Shown one piece after another: positions 39,205 through 49,816 of a DNA stretch of 64,000 nt. The notes beneath the pieces were generated by a model that was given only the letters and a program-made list of their open reading frames with translations, did not search any database and was not told the origin of the DNA. The DNA lies in NCBI GenBank assembly GCA_036785375.1, contig JAWMAR010000034.1:11036001-11100000 (forward strand). Reading direction: 5' to 3'. The position numbers and the translations under genes are program-made. The first letter of the stretch is position 1, and every line of letters begins with the position of its first letter. The stretch is from Leucoraja ocellata (taxonomy: Eukaryota).

Positions 39205-41975
39205 GGCAGAACCTGCCAATAAAGAGAAGAGGTTGTAGTAGTTCATCACAAATGATGATTGCAAGTCTACTGTGTGTTTCAGAGCTACATTGACAGAATG
39301 CCCTGGTGCATGTGGCCTGTCCTGCTTAATAAACCACTGCACAATGTCATGCAGTGGCTTGGACAGACACACAATAGCCACAGACTGGTCTCATCTGAAG
39401 GATTACCTTTAAAACATTAACACTTTTAAAAGAATGGCAACCATGCATCAATTACAGGTGCCCCGAGGCTGCCTGAGGATTTTCTCACAGTAGGCCAATC
39501 TATTTATTATGGGCATTTTTACAACTGACAGTTTCAAAATTATGTTAGGTGATGTACATTGAATGTTACCCAACTTAGTGTAGTTACCTTGCATGATAGA
39601 TCTCAAACATTGACCAGATTATCAGACCAGTAATCCTGAAATAATCATTCAGATCCCGCTATTATAGATATGGTACCTATTGTAAATTCACTAAACCTGA
39701 AAACAAGTCACATTAAAGATGATTATGTAACCACAGCTCTCACAAAACTAATACGTTGATCTCAATCCAACACCCACAGCAATATGGTTGACACTTAAAA
39801 GCCTTTGAAAGAGCCCTTGAACTGATAATTATAAACCATTTGAATTCACACATTAACTTTACATATCCTCCTCAGGAATATAACAAGGATTCAAGTACCC
39901 ATCACCCTGATTGAGCATGGGAAACCGTGGCCAGACTGGTCTAGTGGCAGGTGAAGAAAAAACCAACATGAGGATAAACTCCCTTGACATCATCCACACT
40001 AATATATTTACTGTCAATACATCTCTTGTGACAACATTGGTAGGAACAACAACCATAATCTTCGCAGAGACACAGTCTATATTCACACTGAAGATACCTG
40101 CCATATATGGAGCTAAATCGGATTGAACAGAACAGAGCAGATCTGGTAGATCAACAAACACTAGGCATCCATTGGGTGCCATGAGATGCCATCATTACCG
40201 GTAGAATATCGTTCATCATGAGCTGCACTCGCCACCAATACAGGCAAGACAAGGAGCACAAGAAGCTTCTATCAAGAGTAGCGATGAACTTGTCTGATGC
40301 ATCACCTGATACAACCACAAGAGTAAATCAGAGACTCAATGTTCTGTACTGCAACTTGTGGGATCCATTTCCAAAACATAAGCTAAAACATAACACTACT
40401 AACACACCTCAATACCTGTACTGGAATAAGTCAACCCACGTCATTGGCAGCCTACGCACCAGCTTAAACACATGAGCTGCAGTTACAACAAAATTACATG
40501 GTTAAAAATAAGTGAGGAATAAAATATTTGACAGAACACCATAATTGTTTGCAACAAAAACTTGCATTGATACAACTTATATAAAAGGTAGTAAACTGTC
40601 CTAAAATGGGTTTATTCATCAAACATAGTGAAAGCACAGGAAGCAGATAATTGGTTTACAATGCCTACACTGACCTTTCAAAAGGGCTCTGCAATTAATT
40701 CCAGTCCTCCACATCTCCCTTAACATTATGGCTCAATTGGTACACTCACATCCGAAGTCAATAGATCATGGATTCAACCCTCTCCGAAGGCAAATCTATC
40801 ATCATAGTGCTACACCAAGGGAAAAATTAAACTGGGGTCTCATTTCCTTACCACACAGTAGGATGCCATATCTGCCCATCGAGTACATGCTGGCTCAGGG
40901 CTATCTTATTAATTATCCCTGTAGCATATTCTCCCCACATTCCCTAAAATTACCCCTAGATCCTACCACTCACCTTCACAGATCAGGCCATTTACACTGG
41001 CCAAATAACCTGTCAATGTGCACATCTGTGGAATGTGGGAGGTAACCAGCACACCCTGGGGAAACCTTTCACTCACAGAGACAATATGCACACAGTGCAC
41101 ACACAGCTCCAATGTCAGGAGTGAATCCAGGTCACTGGAACTGCAAGGCAGCAGCTCTCTCATCTGCATTACTAAGCACACTCTCATCACTGTCCAGGCT
41201 GCCAAATGATCCCAACCCACTGTTATGACGAGAATAGCCCTTGTAATGCTCTTTGTGAAAAATGTATTCATATCTCCTGTAAATTTCTCCCCATTCACCA
41301 AAAGCATCTAGTTTTAGAATCTTCCACCTTGGGGAAATACTGTGATTATCTCTCATATAGTTTAGTTTAGAGATTCAGCACAGAAGCAGGCCCTTTGGCC
41401 CACTGAGTCCATGCTGACCATCGATCATCCATTGAATGTTATCCCACTTTCGCATTTCACTCCCTACATACCAGGGGCAATTTACTGAGGACCAATTAAC
41501 CTACAAACCCGCACGTCTTTGAGATGTGGGAGGAAACTGGAGCACCCGAAGAAAACCCATTCAGTCGCAGGGAGAACATGCAAATTCTACACAGAGAGTA
41601 CCCAAGGTCAGGGTCGAAGGCGGGTGTCACACTGTGACGCAGCAGCTCTACCCGTTGTGCCACCTTATGCCCCTCATAACTTTATAAACCTCTAGGAGGT
41701 CACCCCTCAGCCTTCGGTTTAAACCAGCATCTGCAGTTCCTTCCTACACACCCCTCAGCCTGCATTCTAGTGAGAATAAATCCTGCCTATCAAAGCTCTC
41801 TGTATAAACAGAGCCCTTCATTCCAGGCAACATCCGAATGAATCTCTGCTGCACTCTCGCCATTGCGACCAAAAAACTGTACAAAATACCCCACGTGCAG
41901 CCTGACCAATGATTTGCACAGCTGCAACATGATACCCCAACTCATATACTGAATGCATTGGCCTATGAAGAGAAG

Positions 41976-42853
41976 TATGACACAAAGCTGGGTGGCAGTG
42001 TGAACTGTGAAGAGGATGTTAGGAGGTTGCAGGGTGACCTGGACAGGTTGAGTGAGTGGGCAGATGCATGGCAGATGCAGTATAATATAGATAAATGTGA
42101 GGTTATCCACTTCGGCGGCAAAAACAAGGGGGCAGATTGTTATCTCAATGGGGTTAGGTTAGGTAAAGGGGAGGTGCAGCGAGACCTTGGTGTCCTTGTA
42201 CACCAGTCACTCAAAGTTGGTGTGCAGGTACAGCAGGCAGTGAAGAAAGCTAATGGAATTTTGGCCTTCATAACAAGAGGATTTCAGGATAGGAGTAGAG
42301 AGGTTCTTCTGCAGTTGTATAGGGCTCTGGTAAGACCACATCCTTGTGATTGAGGCAGTGCAGCGTAGGCTCACGAGATTGATCCCTGGGATGGCGGGAC
42401 TGTCGTACGAGGAAAGATTGAAAAGACTAGGCTTGTATACACTGGTGTTTAGAAGGATGAGGGGGTTCTTATAGAAACATATAAAATTATAAAAGGACTG
42501 GACAAGTTAGATGCAGGAAAAATGTTCCCAATGTTGGGCGAGTCCAGAACCAGGTGCCACAGTCTTAGAATAAGGGGGAGGCCATTTAAGATTGAGGTGA
42601 GAAAAAACTTTTTCACCCAGGGAGTTGTGAATTTGTGGAATTCCCTGCCACAGAGGGCAGTGGAGGCCAAACCACTGGATGGATTTAAGAGAGAGTTAGA
42701 TAGAACTCTAGGGGCCAGTGGATTCAAGGGATATGGGGAGAAGGCAGGCACGGGTTATTGATTGGGGATGATCAGCCATGATTACAATGAATGGCGGTGC
42801 CGGCTCGAAGGGCCGAATGGCCTCCTCCTGCACCTATTTTCTATGTTTCTATG
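41976..42853 (+). mobile_element. CR1 LINE 3' fragment
   Basis: DTKLGGSV...LQGDLDRLSEWA...LYRALVRPH...YGEKAGTGY plus ttctatg tail. Confidence 0.92.
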
Positions 42854-43934
42854 CCAAATGCCTTATTCACTGCTCTATCCACCCGTGTTGCCATTTCCAG
42901 GGATCAATAAACTTGGATCCTAAGGTCACTTTGTATTTCCACACTCCTGAGACTCCTGGCATTGCTCTTGTCCTGTAAGCATTTGACATCTCTCCTCCTC
43001 TCCTCTCCCCCACCCCCACATCTCCTCCCTTCTTCCCTCCCCCCACCCCTCCCTTCTTCCCTCCCCCCACCCCTCTCTCCCCCCCCTCCCTTCTTCCCTC
43101 CCCCCCAATCCAACAAAAACAAAGTATGGTACCTTTCCTGACAAAGAGGAGAGAAAAGGAAAATGGAGAATTGCATATCTATCGTACCTTATAGGTTGAA
43201 GATCCTGATCCTGAACTGGGGAAGCGGGAAGCCAAATTGTTTCCTTGATCCCTGTTCTGATAAAGGGCCTTTGACCTAAAATGTTTCTTTCCACAGATGC
43301 TGCTGCCCTGCTGAGGGAGTAATTCTTGTATTTTCTGTTTTTATGCCATATCGTACCTTTCAAGTAAAGCAGTTTACATGTTAAGCTACAAGCTCCCAAA
43401 AGCAGTAATGTGATAACAACCACGTTATTAATTGTCGCATTGATCAACGGACACATAATAACCAAAACACCTTGCACGTGGCTAATGCAAAGGAAACCAA
43501 ACTGCTGTCGAATCCCACACCAAGTACCCAATTTGTTGCAAACGCGGAATTCGCTGGAAAAGCTCATCAGGTCTCCATATTGTGTTGTGCTGCTGTAAGT
43601 AAGAATGTCATTGTTCTATCTGGGAATATCACAATAAAACACTCTTGACTCTTGCGGTCGGACGGCATGTTCGGAAGAGAATGATGTTTCGGATCTGCGA
43701 CCACCCTTGGGGAAGATGGGGAAGAGAGCGCTGTCAGTTAGTTTTCGGGGGGAAGAGTCTAATCATCTGCAGACTGCTCGGGATATGTTTGACTGGGTAT
43801 TAGAACATTAATGGACGAGGACATTTGGCCCATTGAGTTTATGTCCCTCCATCCTGCCCAACCCGCTCCCCAGCCACGCATCTCGCCCACGGTACCTCCT
43901 GTCCTGCCTGCCTGCCTCTGGCTGAGCCTGGCCC

Positions 43935-44148
43935 GCTGGGTCCACGGGCCGGTGCTGGGTCCACGGGCTGAGGGCTGTGTGTCCCGGGTCCACGGGCTGA
44001 GTGTCCACGGGCCGGTGCTGGGTCCACGGGCTGAGTGTCCCGGTGCTGGGTGCACGGGCTGAGTGTCCCGGTGCTGGGTCCACGGGCTGAGGGCTGTGTG
44101 TCCCGGGTCCACGGGCTGAGTGTCCCGGTCCCGGGTCCACGGGCTGAG
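43935..44148 (+). repeat. GC-rich minisatellite (gtccacgggctgagtgtcccggtgctgg)
   Basis: Direct inspection. Confidence 0.9.
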
Positions 44149-44199
44149 GTCGAGGGTCTGAACCGCTCCAGCATCAACACGAGCAAAGATCATAGAGCG

Positions 44200-44415
44200 G
44201 AGCCGGCGACTGACTGACTGCCAATTACAGCAGCCAATCCCAGGCGGCCGTGTGACCCCCGCCTCCTCTGGAGGGGCCGGGACAGCCAATTGGCAGAGGG
44301 GGCGGGGATGCGGCGGGCCAATCACACACTCTGCGTCAGCTCAGCTGCGGCTGCCATTGGCCGAGCAGTCGTCTGACCAATGACATCAGGATAGCGCCAC
44401 CCGCCACGCTCTTCA
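44200..44415 (-). promoter_or_regulatory. Probable SC5D promoter (CpG-rich; NF-Y, Sp1 and SRE-like sites)
   Basis: CCAAT/ATTGG at 44221, 44234, 44286, 44318, 44356 and 44377; GGGGCGGGG at 44299-44307; ATCACACAC at 44321-44329; CRE-like TGACATCA at 44381. Confidence 0.7.
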
Positions 44416-44930
44416 GGCACTGGGGACAGGGGTCACTGGGACAGTGGCGGTGGGGGCACTGGGACAGTGGGGAGAGGGGGCACTGGGACAGTGGGGCACT
44501 GGGGACAGGGGGCACTGGGGACAGTGGGGCACTGGGGACAGGGGGCACTGGGACAGTGGGGCACTGGGGACAGGGGGCACTGGGACAGTGGCGGTGGGGG
44601 CACTGGGACAGTGGGGCACTGGGGACAGGGGGCACTGGGGACAGTGGGGCACTGGGGACAGGGGACAGTGGGGCACTGGGACAGTGGGGCACTGGGGACA
44701 GGGGGCACTGGGGACAGTGGGGCACTGGGGACAGGGGACAGTGGGGCACTGGGACAGTGGGGCACTGGGGACAGGGGGCACTGGGACAGTGGCGGTGGGG
44801 GCAGTGGGGACGGTGGGGGCAGTGGGGAGAGGGGGCACTGGGACAGAGGCAGTGGAAATACTGGGGACTGGGGACAGTGGCGGCAGGGGCATTGGGGACG
44901 GGGACACTGGGGCTATGGCAGCTGGGGACT
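44416..44930 (+). repeat. G-rich minisatellite (gggcactgggacagtg)n
   Basis: Direct inspection; dense GGG runs. Confidence 0.95.
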
Positions 44931-45728
44931 GGAGCAATGGTCACTGGGGATGGTGAACCTGGTCATTTAAGGGCTGGGGCACAGACAGCACTGGGGTCCT
45001 AGGGATGGTGAACCTTGCAATTAAAAGGTCAGGGGCACTGGGATAGAGTCAGGGTGACCCTGAGAATAACCAGACCTCGGGCAATGCCAGTCAAAATGTA
45101 CAAACAAGAAATTGCAGATGCTGGTTGGCACAAAAGGATACAAAGTGCTGGAGTTACTCAGTCACACTTTATGTCCTGTCCAGGCAATGATAGGTCTGGC
45201 AGGCTTGGGTCCTTACGCTGCTGAGTATTCGAGGGGCAAAGTTCAAGGGGAACATCCCTCAAACAGGAGACGGGATGTCATCCCAAGGGATCGTAAGGGT
45301 GTTTTATTTCAAGATTTGTGCTAACACTATTGAGTACTGACCATCACACAAACCAATCTCCCTTCCATTGACTCCATCTCTACACTTCACACTGCCTCAG
45401 CATCATCAAGGACCAGTCTCACCCCAGTAACTCCTCCCCTCTTCCAACGGGGAAGAGGTACAGAAGTTTGAAAATGCATACCTCTAGATTCACGAACGGC
45501 TTCTTCCCAGCTGGTATTAGGCAACTGAACCATCCGATCATCAGCTGGAGTGCTGTCCCCATCTACCTCATTGGAGAGCTCTGAACTATCTTTTATCAGA
45601 CTTTATCTTGCACTCAATGTGGTACCCTTTATCCTTTATCTGTACAGTGTGGACAGCTTAATTGTAATCATGTATATTTTCATTGACTGGATAGCACATA
45701 ACAAAAGCCTTTCACTGTACCTTACTTA

Positions 45729-46118
45729 CAAAACTTACAAAATTCTTAAGGGGTTGGACAGGCTAGATGCAGGAAGATTGTTTCCGATGTTGGGGAAGTC
45801 CAGGACAAGGGGTCACAGCTTAAGGATAAGGGGGAAATCCTTTAAAACCGAGATGAGGAGAACTTTTTTCACACAGAGAGTGGTGAATCTCTGGAACTCT
45901 CTGCCACAGAGGGTAGTTGAGGCCAGTTCATTGGCTATATTTAAGAGGGAGTTAGATGTGGCCCTTGTGGCCAAGGGGATCAGAGGATATGGAGAAAAGG
46001 CAGGTACGGGATACTGAGTTGGATGATCAGCCATGATCATATTAAATGGCGGTGCAGGCTCAAAGGGCCGAATGGCCTACTCCTGCACCTAATTTCTATG
46101 TTTCTATGTTTCTATGTT
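45729..46118 (+). mobile_element. CR1 LINE 3' end inserted into a Rex/Babar-type remnant (about 45330-46150)
   Basis: [14 protein letters not shown]...; (tttctatg)3 tail. Confidence 0.9.
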
Positions 46119-46669
46119 TACCTTGGTGCATGTGACAATAAACTAAACTAACTTTGCTTTATAAAAACAATTGTGTTAATCGGAAAAAAATGTGTTAGGG
46201 GCCAGAGTGTTTTATATTTGCTGTAACAAAGTTATTTTTCCTGCAAGTCTTTCAGACAGAACTAAAGGTTATTTTTCATAACTATTTAGTTTTATGCAAC
46301 CTAAAATACAAACAAACACCAAACTATGGGTGGCTACTGAAATAGGCAAGCAATTGGTTATTTTGATACTTGCGCAATGATACACTTATTAAACAATGTA
46401 AGGTGCCAATATGTGTTACATTGTTTAACACAGTATCATTGCATGTATCAACAGAAGTGATTGTCAATTTCAATGGCCTCCCACTGTGAAGAAAGAAGAT
46501 GCGTTTTTAAGACACAATGGTGTCTGATTATTGCTGTGACGTTACATGTCCAGAGACTTTTCTTCCAAATTCTTTTTTTCCCAAAGATAACTTTTTTATG
46601 GTTGCCAATTACCAAAATAACTTTTAAGTAGTTATAATTAGGAATAGCACCTCATATTTTGCTTGGGCA

Positions 46670-47046
46670 ACTTACAGCCCAGTGGCATGAATATTGACAA
46701 CTCTAACTTCAAGTAACCCTTGGTTTCTCTCTTTCTCCATCCCTCCCCCATCCTAGTTCACCGACCAGTCTGACTGCACCCGATTACATTTTATCTTTGT
46801 ATGCTTCGTTGTCAACTTCCCCTAGCAAACAATGATTTATTGTATGTTTTCCTTGATGTCCACCTCCTTTGATGTCTCGTTTTCACACCATATCTCTGTT
46901 TCTTCCTCTCCCCTGACTCTCAGTCTGAAGGGTCTCGACTTGAAATGTCACCCATTCCTTCTCTCCAGAGATGCTGGATGTCCCACTGATTTACTCCAGC
47001 ATTTTGTGTCCATGGTGTAAACCAGCATCTGCAGCTTCTTCCTACA
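46670..47046 (+). mobile_element. Penelope-like element 3' end
   Basis: Homologous to 20900-21250; ends in ...ttcctacac. Confidence 0.75.
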
Positions 47047-47170
47047 CTGTATAATACAAATGTTGTTCTCCAATTCACCAACTGCATTATATCCGATTTA
47101 TGTTGTGGAAACATACATAATAGATGAACTACTTGTACATGTACAGCTGTCTTTTGAAAGTAACAACTAA

Positions 47171-48968
47171 GGGGCCTGTCCTACTTAGGAGACCTCCACT
47201 GGGACCTCTGGCGACCTTAAGCAACTTCAAAAAAAGGTTGTGGTGACCTACGACCTTCCAAGACTATGTGAACGACCTCCTACGACTATGTTGAAGACCT
47301 CCCTCAACTATGAAGAAGACCTCCTTCGACTTTGTTGAAGACTGGCTTTGACCATGTACGTTTTACTCGAGGATGGACTCTGGCTAATCATTCTCAAGTG
47401 AGCTCCCGATGTCACCGTCCACCGGACCTGCGGCTGGAGTCGGGTCGCAGCCGCGCGCCACCACAGCTCTCCATGCTCCAAAGCCGGCCAGCTCCACGAT
47501 GGTAAGTCCGCAGGCTCCGCGACTGGAGCCCCCAGGTCGTTCCGGTTGGAGGCCCCGACGACAACGGAGACCCGACAGGGGAAAGGTTGGGTCCCCTGTG
47601 CAGGGAAGACGTTTTAAAAGTTTCCCCCGCCCCCCATGTATATACAGCGAAAAACAATATAAAAACAACAACAAACTATACTTTCAACGGGACAAAAATT
47701 AAAAAAGACAGACGGACTGCAGAGGCCGCTGCGAATGTCGGTCGCACCACCCAAACTATGAAGAAGACCTCCTTCGACTATGTTAAAGACTGGCTTTGAC
47801 CATGTATGTTTACTCGAGGATGGTCTCTGCTAAATCATTCTGAACCATGCAAGCAAGGAAGGAACTAGTTTGGAGAATGTTAATAAAAATACAACTGCTG
47901 TTTGCAGGAGCCCTTTTGCTTCAGCAGCCTTTTAAGAAAGGCAGAAGGGGAAGAGCAAGGGTGAAGAGGAAGCACAAGAAGAGGTCTCAATGGGTGAATG
48001 GAGATGATGTGATGGACTGTACAACCAGTTGACTGGAAGAGAGTGGCGCTGGGCTTTGACAAAAGATGGAACTTTAAGCACACATGTGGGGCAGTGGGAG
48101 GCAAGCATGCCATTCTTGTCCCTGTCCCTGTACCCCTCATTTTCCTTTTCGTACAGAATGGCATTCTGCTGGAACCATTCCTCAAGGTCCCTCTCCTGCT
48201 GCCTGGTGAAGGTGTAGGGCATAACCTTCCTCCAGCCCTCCCTCCCTCACTACCAATGGGGCATCTGCCTGATGCTGTGTCAGACACAGGAGAAAGGGCT
48301 GCTTTGCTGCCTTCAAATGAGGCAGTGAAGGATGGGGGTGGTGGTGGGGACATGTACTACCACCCTGGTCTCCTCCTCCAGGGGTCTCTCATGCAGGGCA
48401 ACCTCCTCCTACACTATCACCTCCTGTGGCATCACCTCCTGCCACTCCTCCTCCTGGGTGGGCAATACCTGCATGGCAGGTTTTTTTAGGATTGTGCCCT
48501 TCTCCTGCGTTGCTGCCTTTTTTGTGCCATCTCTAAAACACGTCTCCTCTACAAAAAACTCTCCAGCTATGAATGAACTTGCCATGGAGTGACAGAGGTG
48601 ACGTTCCGCTGTTTAAATTACCTTTTTTCCCCACTGTCCTTATTTTCACCCCGGAGCTATTACCTTCGACCACCTTCGACTATCTACGACTAGCATCATG
48701 ACCTACTACAACCGGCTTCGACTAGACCTACGACAAAAAAATATCGATTTTTCCCATTGTGACGTATTTTAGTCGTGGCCAATTCTTATCATCTTGAAAA
48801 ATATGCCTCGACCTAGCTGAAGCCTCGAGTACACGGAGATCACTTTCGACCATGAAGGAGAGTGACGAAAACCTCCTACGACCTCGTGGCAACCTTCCCC
48901 GCGACTATGTGTCGCGGGTAAGGTCGCCAGAGGTCGCGGTGGAGGTCGCCCAATTGGGACAGGCCCTT
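47171..48968 (-). mobile_element. PIF/Harbinger DNA transposon, non-autonomous, with MADF/Myb-like ORF remnant
   Basis: About 50-bp imperfect TIRs starting GGGCCTGTCC; TAA/TTA flanks; FTRQQERDLEEWFQQNAILYEKENEGYRDRDK at about 48120-48215 (-). Confidence 0.8.
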
Positions 48969-49589
48969 TAATCTGCCTTCACTGATCCTCTTGGCAGTGC
49001 ACAAAGACTTTAGATGTAAAAAATATTTCCTCATGTCTGAGCTTCCTCAAGTTAGCTTTCTGATGACTGGTTAGATTTGTTTTTTACTGCACAGAATGCT
49101 GCCTGACCTGTTGAGGGTTGCCAGCACTTAGAGTAATACTGCACAGAAACAGGCCCTTCGACCCAACTTGCCCCTGACGATCAAATGACCCATCTACACT
49201 AGTCTCACCTGCCCGCATTTGGCCCTAATCCTCTAAACCTTTCCTATTCACGTACCTGAATGTCTTTTAAATGTTGTTATAGTACCTGTTGTTATAGCAT
49301 AATAACAGCACTTCTGTTGTTTTTATTTCCACATTTTGCTTTAGGTTAACTCTTTGGTCGATTTGTATTCTTGCCACGGATGCGGCCTGACTTGTTGAAT
49401 ATTTCCAGCATTTTCTCTTATTTTATATTTTAGCGTCTACAGCTTTATTTATTTTCATTACTATAATTAATATAATTCTTACGTTAAGTAAAGAGGCAGA
49501 GCTAAAATCAACTCACAGTCCTTTGCACAGGAGACGCAGATTACAAGCCAACACAAGTACTGAATTGCCTTTACTTTCTCCTGCTGCCT

Positions 49590-49759
49590 TGCTTGGCCCC
49601 GCCTGCACCCGATGATGTCAGGACGCCGAGCGAGCACTGATCTTCGGCTCTGATAGTCTGTGGGTTTGTTTTTAAAAAGAGGCGATTGAAGTTGGGCTAT
49701 TTGAAAGCTGCGGCTAATCCCCTTGCCTTGCGGCGCGGCCGGTTGCTGGGGTCGCCCTC
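49590..49759 (+). promoter_or_regulatory. gkup promoter / 5' UTR, CpG-enriched
   Basis: GC box gccccgcc near 49596, CRE-like tgatgtca at 49613, CpG enrichment up to the ATG. Confidence 0.5.
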
Positions 49760-49816
49760 ATGATCTGTGTGCTTCTGGTTGCTGGACACGGAACCTTGCT
49801 GGAGAGCGAGATCAAG
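49760..49816 (+). CDS. gkup: gkup exon 1
   Basis: MICVLLVAGHGTLLESEIK, gtgaat donor, phase 0. Confidence 0.88.

Noticed and set aside
39859-40475. ORFs in the SC5D first intron
   Set aside because: They look like a heavily decayed LINE remnant; no intact domain.
43895-44200. Exact SC5D non-coding exon 1
   Set aside because: A minus-strand donor (gag|gtaccg near 43894) is plausible but cannot be fixed without transcripts.
44336-45002. Long Pro/Cys- or Gly/Trp-rich ORFs in several frames
   Set aside because: Translation artefacts of a stop-free minisatellite. The same applies at 8211-8662, 10303-10768, 22395-22764, 31338-31869 and 43759-44325.
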